In this document: positions 27,881 through 41,381 of the stretch, one piece after another
Position numbering within the stretch: position 1 is the first letter of the stretch
How the letters are laid out: each line of letters opens with the position of its first letter
NCBI RefSeq assembly: GCF_006345805.1
Contig: NC_043000.1
Location: forward strand, 98,518,001-98,582,000
DNA: 64,000 nt
Direction of reading: 5' to 3'
Source: Octopus sinensis
Lineage: Eukaryota
Position numbers and translations under genes: made by a program
Notes under the pieces: model-generated
Seen by the model: the letters and a program-made list of their open reading frames with translations, nothing else
Database searches by the model: none
Told to the model about the DNA's origin: nothing

Positions 27881-28500
27881 AAAGCGCCGATTAAACATGG
27901 GGGTTAATACTCTCACTAACATTGCTGGTCGAAACCAATATATAGTAGTGATAGACTATGAAAAGTAGTTGACGCGAACCACTGAGGTTTCATTTTAACG
28001 CATAATAATATATTCGACAGTAGAAATGTATACAACTCAAATTTCAAATTATAACCTATCCAGTTTCATTGTTGAATCAGAATTCTAAACTACCACTGTT
28101 GCTTATACCTCTGCAGCTATCATATATCTGAAGTACTATTATCATTGGTGAGTGATCACAATTAGTCTGGTATTTATAGGTGCACTGTGAAAAATATATG
28201 CTGCGGTTAAGCAACGCTTTTTTTATCTCTGAGTTTAGAAAACAGATCGACATGGCTTATTTCAGTGTTTCTTACCTCATCATCAGAGACAGGAAGCTCA
28301 TTATTCACTTCTTGTACCACAGAGAAAGAATTATGAACAGCTGTAAGCTACAATTCTATCTGTGACCAGCAATATGAATAATAGATTTATGAGATAGCAA
28401 TTATAACATTTGCTGAATTTAGACCGGTCCAAATCTATTATACGGCAGGCCAAAAAAAAAAAATTAGTGAAAACGAAACAGCCATGTGACTTAATTTCAG

Positions 28501-28565
<65 letters not shown>

Positions 28566-28874
28566 GTCTATACACACACGCACATACACACATACAAACA
28601 CACCCCACACTCACATACATACACACACCTACACACACATACATATATATGCATATATACATAAACACTCACACACACGTGCACAATTATGTATAAGTTT
28701 TAGTGTAGTTAAAATGAAAGATTTTGAGAGAATTATCAAGATTATTTTACAGACCTTGTACAATACAAATTGGAAACGAAGGAATGAGTTATTAATAGTA
28801 AAGTAAAATAAACAACAGTTATTTCTCAATATGTGCAAAAGATATCCATTTGACGCCATTATCTATTTTCTCTG

Positions 28875-29070
28875 AAGGCAGCGATCTGGCAGAGACATTA
28901 GCACGCCGGGCGAAATGCTTAGCAGAATTTCGTGTCTTTACATTCTAGGTTTAAATTCCGCCGAGGTCGACTTTACCTTTCATCCTTTCGCGATAAATTA
29001 AGTACCAGTTGGGTACTGGGGTCAATCTAATCGACAAAAATTTCGGGCTTTGTGCCTTGAGTAGAAAAAA
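28875..29070 (+). mobile_element. SINE family A
   Basis: TGGCAGAGACATTAGCACGCCGGGCGAAATGC...AAGTACCAGTTGGGTACTGGGGTC. Confidence 0.8.
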
Positions 29071-30379
29071 TTATCTATTTTCTCTTGATAAAGGGATTTC
29101 TCAAGGCGTTTGCAATTGTAGATTTCTCCTTTTGTACATCTGTCTTGCCATCTAAATTTCGTTTATAGGGAGATGTTACTTTGTTGATACTGTGACCTTT
29201 CTATTATCTTGCTTATGTAAAGTTTGAGCTTCAATATCTTTTGTATAAAAACAAAACAAAACAAGGAATCCGACAAAATACATGTTGTTTCGCCTGAAGT
29301 TTCATGGAGGTCTAAAGTATAGACCTCGATGTAACAAACACACATACATACATACATACATACATACATACATACATACATGCATGCATGCATACATACA
29401 TACATACATACATACATACATACATACATACATACATACATACATACTAACACACGGTTTTTCGCACAGCTTCTGACTATCAAATTGCACCCGCATGGTA
29501 TTAATTAATTTAAATTTAGCTATTATTTCTGGTAGCCAAACCACTTCGTAAAAGTTTCCTTTATGTCTCTCATGTGCATGCATTTACCATTGAGGTGTCA
29601 CCTATTTTATTCTACTGATGAGCAAAGTTTCTTCTGAGTAGCACTGAAAGTCTACGACGATATGAAACGCAACTTCATGTTCAGTATCCTCATACCTAAT
29701 GATTTTTCGACTGTGACATCCACCAACGACAGAATTAAGTCCAAGGAATCTTCATTGTTCCAATATAGGAAGAACAAATTGGATGATATAGTTTGGAGAC
29801 TAACACACACACACACACATAATCTATATTTTTACAGTGAGGAACACCTTTGCATAATCAGAGCCTAAACAATAACAAGTATGAACTAGAAAAACAGTCA
29901 GCTCATTTCCACCGATATACACGCATGTTGAAAATCGCCCAATTTCCCAAACCAACGCCAGCAAAAACATAACCTCCTTGGCGGGTTAAAAAAAATAACA
30001 CACCCATATGATTAAAAAAAAAACTTTAAAAACAAGAATCATCTGAAGCAGTTATAATACACCAATGACAACAGCACGCTAGTTTCACAGCGGCGGTGGA
30101 GGGAGCAAAGCCTGAGATTTTTGAGTCGATCCCAATAGTCAATTCTTGTCATATTATCCTCCGCGGACCTCCGCCAAGCAGCGCATTTTGAGATAGATAC
30201 GCGAGTAAAATTACTAATAGAGACACGAAAATAAACTTTGGAAACAGCAACGCCACCATAGGTTAAGTGGAAACGATGAACGTGTTTTCAAGGGAGATAA
30301 TCAAAGAACGTAACATTGTAATACTTCATGTAAAGTAAATATAACAAATAAAAAAATCCTTCAAGAATCACGACCAAAA

Positions 30380-30522
30380 TTTCATCATCTGTTCCTTGTG
30401 TCATTACTAACTTTTCCTGCAAGTTTCATCAAATACCATTCACAACTTTTTGAGTTATTTTGCACACAGACGGACAAACCAACGCCGATGAAAACATAAC
30501 CGCCTTCCTTGGCGGAAGTAAT
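30380..30522 (-). repeat. interspersed repeat ending AAAACATAACC..CCTTGGCGGA.GTAA (partial second copy ~29960)
   Basis: Motif occurs twice within 600 bp. Class not determined. Confidence 0.5.
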
Positions 30523-31031
30523 GAAGCATTGAATCGCGTTGTTAGGAAATACTGCTGTATATATGTGTGGTCTGGATATTTATTTACGGTAGCGCAGTTT
30601 TCAGATACAGCCATATTGTTGTGCAATGAATGAAGCTTTCCCGTGTGAATTGACAATGATACAATACATATATGTATCCACTTAATAGACAACTATATGT
30701 GTCTGAATGCGTGCGTATGTGTGTATACGTACATATAAATATTTATGGGATTAAAGAAAGGAATTATACTCACTTGTGTACAAATGTAGGTGTGTGTGGT
30801 ATATATATATAAAGTATAAAGTACGTATGTATATACATATGTATATCTCTTATCCTGTTTCCTCCTGTCTTTCTCTCTATTTATATCTATCTCTATTTCT
30901 CCCCCCTCTCTCTCTATATATATATATACATATATATCTCCATACATACATACATATATATATGTATGTGTGTGTGTGTGTTGTGTGTGTGTGTGTGTGT
31001 ATACATACATTCATACATATATATATATTTA

Positions 31032-31073
<42 letters not shown>

Positions 31074-31857
31074 CATATATCTTTAGTTAAATATTATATA
31101 CTGAATTTATATTGTGTGCTTTATTGTATCAAAGTATTCATACTATTAAAGAATGGTAGTTTTATAAAAAAAATTATGAATAAAAAATTTATGAAGTAAT
31201 AAAAAAAAACTACCATTCGTAAAATTATACCAATTTCACATTTGATATTACTGAAGAGAAGAAGAGTTATTTATAAATGCTTATCAATACAGATTCCATT
31301 ATTGTATATTATCTAAGTCTATGAACTATATTTGGAATACAAGACAATATAATGAATTTTACATATGAATATTATGGATTATTACAGAAGACTAACCAAG
31401 GAAGTATATATGGATTTAAAAACTCTCATCAAAAGCAGTAATTTTAAATTTTTAATTTATCTTTCAAACGAACACCATTTTATAGTATTACTTCAAATTT
31501 TAAAAAATCCTACAATTCGATATGTTATACAAAATATATCTCTGAAGAGCAGAAGAGTTGTTTATAAATGCTTATCAATATAGGATTTCATTATAGGGAC
31601 AGCACTTCTGTGAAACGATCGTAAGATGCTTTAAAAACTTAATTCAACACTTTTAAACTGTCATATACATTATGTATTTATACTTATACATATTTACATA
31701 TATTCTTATACATATCTATATTTTTAATACAACAGTTATTTTACATACATATATATCTTTTTGAAGAACTTTCTAATATTTTTCGAAATCAGTGACGGAA
31801 GTTACTAGAAGAACCCATAAGTATTTGCAAACAGGTCTTCCTTTTCATCGTAAACCG

Positions 31858-31916
31858 GTGATTACCGTGCGTTGACAAGAGGCAAATACCTCGAAACTGC
31901 AGTCCGTGCGTATCAC
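31858..31916 (+). ncRNA. type I hammerhead ribozyme, U3-A8 core variant
   Basis: GTGAT-TAC-CGTGCG-TTGACAA-GAGG-CAAATA-CCTC-GAAAC-TGCA-GTC^CGTGCG-T-ATCAC. All three stems pair. Confidence 0.8.
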
Positions 31917-32099
31917 TTAGGCTTACGAGAGAGGGATGACCTCCCTTTGCAAATACCATAAGGGCACAGATAGTGTGCCTAAAGCCAGCTGGAGACGATG
32001 ATCTCCTGGGCTAAAAGCTACAGTAACACCCATCCTTAGTGGTTAGCCATATTGAGATGGCTATATACTTTACGTTCTAATATTGATTTCCAGATATTA

Positions 32100-32136
<37 letters not shown>

Positions 32137-32167
32137 ATATACATACATACATACATACATACATACA

Positions 32168-32198
<31 letters not shown>

Positions 32199-32202
32199 TC
32201 AA

Positions 32203-32595
32203 GCGTGGCTGTGTGGTAAGAAGCTTGCTTCACAACCACATGGTTCCGAGTTCACTCTCCTGTGTGGCACCTTGGGCAAGTGTCTTCTACTATAGCCTGG
32301 GGCGACCAAAGCCTTGTGAGTGGATTTTGTAGGCAGAAACTGAAAGAAGCCCGTTGTGTGTGTATATATATATATATGGGTGTGCGTGCGTGTGTGTGTG
32401 CGCGTGTCTGTATGTGTGTGTGTGTGTGTGTGTTTGGTGTTCCACTATCGCTTGACAACTGATGTTGGTGTGTTTACATCCCCGAAAACTAGTGGTTCGG
32501 CAAAGTGACCGATAGAATAAGCACTAGGCTTACAAAGGATAAGTCGGTGCTCCAACATGGCTACATTCAAACGACTGAAATAAGTAAAAGAATAA
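32203..32595 (+). mobile_element. SINE family B, near full length
   Basis: GTGGCTGTGTGGTAAGAAGCTTGC...GGCACCTTGGGCAAGTGTCTTC...GACTGAAATAAGTAAAAG. Confidence 0.9.
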
Positions 32596-33353
32596 AAGTA
32601 AACATACATACATACATACATATATTGTCCCACCATTTCATGGTCTCCAGTCATTTGCTCACGTAAGAATGAAATTTTTTATATATCTATTACTCTGTAA
32701 GAATCAAAGTGTGTAAAGAAAGTGATTTTATGAGAATACCTTTCCTCATGAAGAGGACATTGTCCGCATGGGTTGTAAGATTTTTTAATTAATTTTTCTA
32801 CCAAGACATGAACTTTGGAAACGGCCGTAGAAAGTGCACTTCCTCGAACTGTATTATATAACCTATATATCATTTATATATTTTTAAAAATTCATCGAAC
32901 TCTATGTATCTTTTAACTGAAACTCATAACCGCTCATAATTTTGTACAAAAAAATTTTTACCAGTTAATTTTTTCTCACACTTCCTTCCATACATATCCC
33001 ACATGGGTTTTATTTACATGTATTTCTATGTATATTTATATATATATTTATATTTTATAAATATTTCTGAAAATATTCATGTGTGAATATGTATTTATAT
33101 ATATATACGCATTTTAAGTCGAATTTATAACTGTATGTGTTGGGTTGCCTAATTTGAGTTTATATCTTAAATCTTATGTTTGGGTCTCGGGTTCGACCCG
33201 AGAACTTCTTAAGCAGTTCTATATTTTTGTAAGAAAGAAAAATAATATATATATATATATATAATATATATATATGTATATATATGTATATATATGTATA
33301 TATGTATATATATGTATATATATGTTATATATATATGTATATATATATATATG

Positions 33354-33400
<47 letters not shown>

Positions 33401-33493
33401 TATATATAAATATATGTATATACATATATATATATGTGTATGTATATATTTTATATATGTATATATATATATGTATATATATATGTTTATATA

Positions 33494-34440
33494 TCATCAT
33501 CATCATCATCATCCTAGTCAGGTGTCGCACTATGCGATGCTGTAGTCATCACGATGTCTTGCCACCTTCTGCTGTCTTCTACCCCATGGACAGCTGAGAA
33601 TAAAGACAATCCCATGGCTGTGATGTCTTTCAGCCAAGAAGTGGGTGGTCTGCCTGTTTTACGTCTGCCGTTCACCTTGCCAGTTATGATCGTTCGCTCA
33701 AGTCCATCACGGCGCATGACGTGGCCAAAGAACCGTAGCTTCCACTTCATGATGTTTCGCCAAAGCGTCATCTCGCAATCGAGCTTTTCTGGTACCCAGT
33801 TGTTCGTCCTTCTCTCCGACCACGACACTCTAAGGACTCTGCGGTAACACCACATTTCAAAAGCACTCACTCTGTCCACGACTCGCAGCTGTACGTCACA
33901 ATAGAGAAAGCGAGCCTTCTTCGTATCTCTGGTGTACTTGACCCACTGGTGTTGATTGTGGATCTCAAGTACACAAAATCATCCACTTCCTGAATCATCT
34001 CTCCGTCTACAGTGAAGTCACCTTGGTCTGTTCTGTACTTATCCACCACCAAGATCGTTGTCTTCTTTACATTCAGGAATAGGTCACTTTGTGCACTCAT
34101 GTCTTTCACATTGCGTATCATCTGCAGCAATTCGTCCTTGCTGTTACTTATGAGGGTTGTGTCATCGGGGTATCTCAGATTCTCCGCCAATCTGCACATC
34201 ACCGTCGTAGTTCTCCTTCATCGCTCTTATGATGTTTTCTGCATAGATGTTGTACAGATATGGAGACAGAACACATCCCTGTCGGACACCCCTCTCAATG
34301 TCGAACCACTCAGTGTCACCGATGGACGTTCTGACAGATGACTGTTGATCATGATATAGTCGCGCCAACAGTGCGACCAAGTGTTCAAGAAATCCCATGT
34401 ACCTTCATGACGTCTCACAGCTTGGTGTGTCTCACACAGT
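33494..34440 (-). mobile_element. RTE-clade LINE 3' fragment, frameshifted
   Basis: GVRQGCVLSPYLYNIYAE, RYPDDTTL, YSCESW, SAFEMWCYRRVLRVSW motifs and a (GAT)n tail at 33494-33511. Confidence 0.9.
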
Positions 34441-34461
34441 CGAAGGTGTATGTATATATAT

Positions 34462-34509
<48 letters not shown>

Positions 34510-34699
34510 ATATGGGTATATATATATATACACATACAGACCTACATGCGAACTCGAAGCGACAGTCGCATATTTGGCGTGAGAGACTATTTTCAAAAAT
34601 ACTATGAATACTATCTCCAATTTTGGAGCCACAATTATTAGCCCTGTTAAATAACTGGTCAATCTTGAGATGAATTAAGTGAGGGAGACCTTTATTCAC

Positions 34700-37600
34700 G
34701 AACGTAGGGATTTTCGATTGAATCTTGAATTCAAACAAAATGTCTAGACATAACATCAACAACAACACAACCGAGGAATAAAATGAAAACAACAGCTCAA
34801 CAGGTAAACATATTATTTCAAGCTGTAGTTATAAAAGAAACTGTAATTACAAAACTTGAAGTTATGAAGTGAATACTGATCTATTTAACTGCTACAAAAA
34901 AAAAAGCGAAACAAAACTTATCTCTAGGATATATGAATCAACTGAAATCATATTGGAACGATCTGCATCCAGAATTAAATAAATTTACTGCGAAGCAATT
35001 ACGCTAACAAGCAACATTTGTGGAACACAAGAAAAAGGTTATTGAAAAAAAGATCTAAAATTAACCTTCTTCCCAACACTATAAAAGAAAACGGAACCAT
35101 GCAAAGCAGTACATGAACGACATTCAAAAAGTGAACAAAACCGAAATAACAAAGAAAGTACCATTATGGGTTAAAGGCAGCTGATTTACGTCAGACTATC
35201 AGCCATGTGATGATGCTTATTGCATAGAAACACGCAAATCACTATACGTCTCACCAACAAAATCTGGAGATAGAAGTGATGTTTGGAAACAGCAACTAGA
35301 GGTCACTTACTTGCAAACTAATAATCCTCAAGCAGGAGCTAAAAAAGCTGTCAGTGAGAAACTCCGACATCAGAAAAAAATAACCGAGAAATAAACAATA
35401 AACAAAAAATTTAACCGGAACCACGCAGCAGTATATAGACACATGACAGGAGAAGCAGTGCACATCACAGAGGCTCCTTCACAAGAATACATAATCTAGG
35501 GTGAAGAGAACTAGTTAAACCAGAATGCTCTGTGGCTGGAAGAAATTCAGAGAAGTCATTGTCCCTGCAATACACCTAAGACATGCAGCATTGACTGTGA
35601 TACCCTTGTATCTATGATCCAGAAACTTCAGGATGGAAAAGCATTCAGAAGAGACTTGATTGTTGGATATTTGTACAAGAAGATAACCTACTGACCATAT
35701 CTTATCAACCTGTTCATCAAGCTCTCAATGGGAACAATAGCATACCATACGGTCTCCAAACGCAGAACCATTCACATGGCAGAAAACTACCGGTCAATTG
35801 CACTTCAGAACTTAATGTATCAGATATATACACCATGTTTAGACCCCTTCCTCTAAGACCATTGTGAAAGCAATAACATCATCACAGCAGAATAAGCAAC
35901 TGGCAAAAAAGAGAGTTTGGGGATGTGCCAAGCAATTGTTAATCACAAAACAGTGATTTCAGTGGTGTGGGAGCATAGAGGAAATCTAGTTTCAATGTGG
36001 CTAGGCTACAAGAAAATATTTGACTTGTTCCCCACGCATGGATGATAGAAGCCCTTTAACTTGCTAAAGTTCCAGTGTGCATAGTCAAAACCATAGTTGA
36101 TCTGACTTCATCGTGGGTCACCATCTTGAAATTAAACACAGAGAATGACTGTATTATTACATATATTACATATATTGCAGAGGCATATTCCAAGGACCAT
36201 TTGTCATTCATGTTAAGTAAGTCTGAGAGATATCTCACTGGTTCATAAGGAAACAGAAATATCAAAATTGCACAGTTTCTTTGTAGATGAATTGAAACTA
36301 TATGCAAAAAATATGCACGAGCTGATAAAGAGCCTTGACCTGGTTACAACATTTTCAAAGGATAAAGGGTTGGAGTTTGGTCAGGATAAATGTTACTTGG
36401 TTGTGAAAAGAGGGAAAACTATAAACCAGACTAGCAACATCTCCATCAATGACTTGACTGCTTCCCCTATATCTGACGAGGAATGTTACAAGTATCTAGG
36501 GGTGGAAGAAAACACATCTTACAATGGCACCTGTAACAAAACACATGTCGCTAAAGAAAATTACAGCCGAATTGAGAAAATTTGGACCTAGGAACTCTAT
36601 GCATTCAATAAAACAGTGGTTCACAATGTGTTTGCAGTGCCAGTACTCATAGCAACATCTGAGATGCTTGATAAGATCCGACCCATTGATGTGAAAGCTG
36701 GAAAATACTAACAAGCATGCATAATTTCCACATAAACCGGAACATATACACCTCTACCTCAAACGAAAAGAAGGCGGCAGATGCTTAACATCGATCCAAA
36801 ATGCCTTTGAATGTCGTATAAAATCTCTTCGGCAACATCTTTTGACAACCAAGTGTCGAAGTGCATCCCTTGACCATGTTTGCATGCATGATGCTGATAA
36901 CATCATAAGACTTGGAACGCAACTCCTTGAGCAGCATTCTTTGTCTGATAGCCTTAATTATATGCCTAAAGAAGTCACACGACTCAAACTCAATGTATCA
37001 TCAGATGAAAGGACGAGCATATGTGAGCAGAAGACTATGCATGGATATGTTAGTAGAAAGCTCTGAGATGATAGAAACATTGCATCAACTCTGTCATGGA
37101 CTAAGAACCGGATTACTGTTTCTCACTTTCAAGAGTAAACGTTAGCAATTCATGAACAGGAAATATCAACTAAATACCTGATGCACAAAGGGACAGAGAT
37201 GCAGGAAAAACAGTAAAATGTGACAATCGATACAGACTTTGTGGAGTTAACACCGAAAGTATCACCCATATAATATATAGTTGTCTGAAAATGTCATCCC
37301 GATATTATCTACCGATGAAACGTGATGTGGCTAGGACACTGTACAACGTGATCAGTCGAATGCATAAACCCGCGAATAAAGAAATAAGAACCCACAGTAT
37401 AGTGGAAGCCAGAGCCACTCATAATAAAAAAAGAGGACTTGTGGACTGTCCCAGTGAAAACCTCAATAAAATGTAAACACAATAGTACGGATATAATGAT
37501 TTTGGACAGAGAAGAGAAACTGTGTACAGTTGTGGAAATCAGTTGCCCAGCGGATGTTAACGTAGAGTTGAAGATCAGTGAAAAAGGGAATACCTACGCT

Positions 37601-38010
37601 GAACTATTGAGAAATCTGTAGTTACTCTATCCAGGTTACGAGTTCAGGTTTATACTTGTAATTATTGGGACACTGGGATATGTAATACACTGACTAAATA
37701 CCAATCTTGAGAAATTAGGCTTCTCAAAACCAGAAAGGAGAAAGCTGATTCGAAGTCTACAGATCCAAGCCATCACTGGAACTGTAAAAATCGGTAAAAC
37801 TTTCCAGAAGTTTATCATTTAAGCATATATCAGCATATCCAAATATGCAAGTATATGCATGAGAATACATACATAAAACAAATCTGCACGTATACATACA
37901 TACAAAAATGCCCTGTAGTTGATGTTGAAATTCTAATGAAGGAGCCTTGGATCTAGGTCAGAAACCGGCTCTTTTTTAATTGGTAAGAAATCTTGGAAGA
38001 CAACTGAATA
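34700..38010 (+). mobile_element. decayed RLE non-LTR retrotransposon (R4/Dong-like): RT, zinc-knuckle remnant, RLE, 3' UTR
   Basis: ENYRSIALQNLMY, FFVDELKLY, YKYLGVEEN, RLCG...SITHII..C, SRYYLP, KCKHNSTDIMILDREEKLCTVVEISCP. Many stops and frameshifts. Confidence 0.85.
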
Positions 38011-38771
38011 ATGGCATGCATACATACATACATGCTCATACATACATACATACACACCTATACATATTTGCATACATACGTACGTACGTACATACATACA
38101 TACATACATACATACATACATACATACATACATACATACATACATACATACATACATGCTACAAACATACGTATTACTATGTCTTTATTTGTAATAAATG
38201 TACACAATATTCATTAACTGATCAGAGAACTCAAAATTGGAACCAATAGTGCATTTCCACATTTTTCTTTTTCGTACACCTTATCACAACATATAACTAC
38301 TTTCTATCTCAGCTTTATTTACACCCTTTCTTTTTAATCATTATATTCACTTATAGTTTACACAAAACGTCTAATGTGATCATTTTCAGTACTACCTTTA
38401 TAATTTCATGCTTTAATTATGTAATTTTTGGTTGAATAATTCTTCTCAAACTGTTCTCAATAACAACTGGAAGTTTAGAAATTCACATTGGGTAACATGA
38501 AAAAATTCTGTTGAAGGTCAATGTTATTGCTACTGTGAGATATGTATGTTTAATATTCATATTAATAGTCACATTTATTTTGTGCATACAAGAAAGTTAA
38601 AAGTAACAATTCTAAGTGTATTAATTTGAAGGTCGTCTTAAATACGTTTTACACACACATACGCACACATTTACACACACACACAACACACACATACATG
38701 TATTTGTATTTATACGCATCTATATATGCATATATATATATATCTGTAAATCTATCTGCCTACCTACATTT

Positions 38772-38847
<76 letters not shown>

Positions 38848-39956
38848 CATAAACATATATATATTTCATATTTCATTTTTTATTTCATCTAGCTTCAGCT
38901 CACGAGCTGTGGCCATGCTGGGGCACCGCCATTTGGTGTTGCTACATAATTTTACTTCACGAATGCTTTTTAGCTATTGACATTTGGTGCATGAGAGAGT
39001 ATGATGCAGCCGCCCTCATCTGCACCTCCTGTATGTATGTATATATATATATTCTACCTCACCCAACTTAGAATCTATTGTAGCAGCCTCTAATAAGCAA
39101 AAGCTTTCTCTTTACTATCAAAACTCACATAACTACAACTCTAGTCATACGAACACTCAACATTCATACAGCTCCAGCACAGATACCCTTACATTAGACC
39201 ACAACCACAACCCAACCCATCCTACTATCACTACCCGGAACGCCACCACATTCTCTACCACCCTTACAAATAGTACACTACATAACTGACACTCCATTAT
39301 TTTTACACCTCTCCCTATTCCTTCTATCTTTTTACACTCTAATACCTTTTTCTCTGTATCACCCTCATCACCCCATTCCTACTTTCAAATTATCTTGACT
39401 GACCACTAACTGGTACACTTTCCTTATTATCCTCTCTCCTTGATTTTCTTTTTTCTTTCTTTTTCTTTATTCCTCTCTTCCTGTTTTCGATTTGACCTTA
39501 CAAATACATTCCCTACTTTTAGGTCACTTTAAATAAAACCCTTGATTCAATAGCACTGTGTACAAACTCTATACTTGGAATGACCAATTTTAAATACCAT
39601 TGGATTTTACTCACAAGATATTAGAATCTTATATGTATATCATTCTGCCTAAATAATAGATCTACAAATGCAGTATCCCTGCATATCTCACATCTATTTT
39701 CATTCCTCCACTTCACTCTCTATTTCGCTTCTTATTCAAATTAACTATTGCTTAACCATTTTCTCACACCGTCTCCGATGAAGGATATAATAAATATCCT
39801 GGAAACAGCTATAAGACCTTCTATTTATAAATGTTCTAAAATCTTCATAGCCTTGGTTTTTAATCTCATTCTCAAAAAAAATTTGATGTATATATATATA
39901 TACATACATGTATACGTGCATAGACGTATACACACACATTCACGCGCGCGCGCGCT

Positions 39957-39989
<33 letters not shown>

Positions 39990-40659
39990 ACACACAAATC
40001 TGACGCGCAATGTTCGATTTTATTGAACATTTTAACACATTTTATGGGTGGCAATTACGAAATTCACAATTTTTGAGGAATTAATGATAAAAAGTTACAA
40101 GATTGTGGTAATTTTAGGCAATTACATCCATCCATTATCGATACTCCATCAAAATGTTATGAAAAGCGTCATGAATTTTGAATTGTGGTTGTTATTGTTT
40201 TCGAAACACAATGACGAACAGCAACTTTTTACGCTTTAAGAATTCATTAATTTTTGCTTTTATTAGCATATCGATCCCGAATTGAATTCAGAAATAAACA
40301 TTCTCTATATTTACTCTTTTCAAATACAAGAAAGAAATTAATGAATTAGTGTGTTGGGTGTTTGAGAAGGGGACTTTTTCTTGAACTAGTTCAGGATCAT
40401 GAAAGGAAACTATAACGGTGGAGTTCACTGTCTGTAGAAGTTTGTAGAGTGAGAAGACGCTCCTGTTTGCTGTGATGATATAGTGTCTGGGGGAATTGGT
40501 GTGTAGAGCTACACCAGTCACAGAGATTCCAGACAAAGTGTTCAGCAGAACAGAAATGGCGTGCGACGAAAGAGTTATTACGAAATCAGATACCCCGCAG
40601 GTGTTCGGTGAAGCGATTAGTTTAGCGTCGTAACGTCGTAACATCTACCCTCTCTCTCT

Positions 40660-40716
<57 letters not shown>

Positions 40717-41338
40717 AGAATGAGAAAATGGAAATATTGAAGTTAATAGGAGTTTATTATCAGCAAAAAACGATCATTATCTCTTACTGTTGTTTCAATT
40801 TGGCACAGTGTCATTAAAAAATATTTAAATCATATTTCTGAGCTTAATTTCTTCAGAGAAGGAAAGAATATACCCTTAGAAATATTATGTATTAGTTATT
40901 TGAATCATCACGGCAGACTGGATAATAATGTTTATGATTAGTAATGGTATATGTCTAGGCAGGGTGGAGGTAACAGGTTTGTAATGGGTAAGATATATTA
41001 TACAAATATAATTAGGGTAAGGAAGGGTAAATAAATAGAGATTGAAGATTAGATTATAATATTAATAAAGGGCAATATGAATGAGGTGATAAATTAAAAT
41101 ACATAGGTAATTTGTTTATAAAAAAGAGAAAAAAACTTATCTACATATAAGAATATATTCCTACTTACTATCACACGATCATTAAAAAAAATATTTAAAA
41201 ACAATAATTAACTAATCAAATTTGTTTCTGTTTGAGTTTACGTGATCCGTATCAACATATTTTAGGGGTGAGTGTACAATTTTTCAGTATTATTCATGTT
41301 TGCGTACTTGTTCCCTCATCTGTGTGCATTCACACACA

Positions 41339-41381
<43 letters not shown>

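Noticed and set aside
37933-37975. CTAATGA...GAAAC in the RLE LINE 3' UTR as a hammerhead
   Set aside because: Stems I and III cannot be formed, and the second copy reads CCAATGA.
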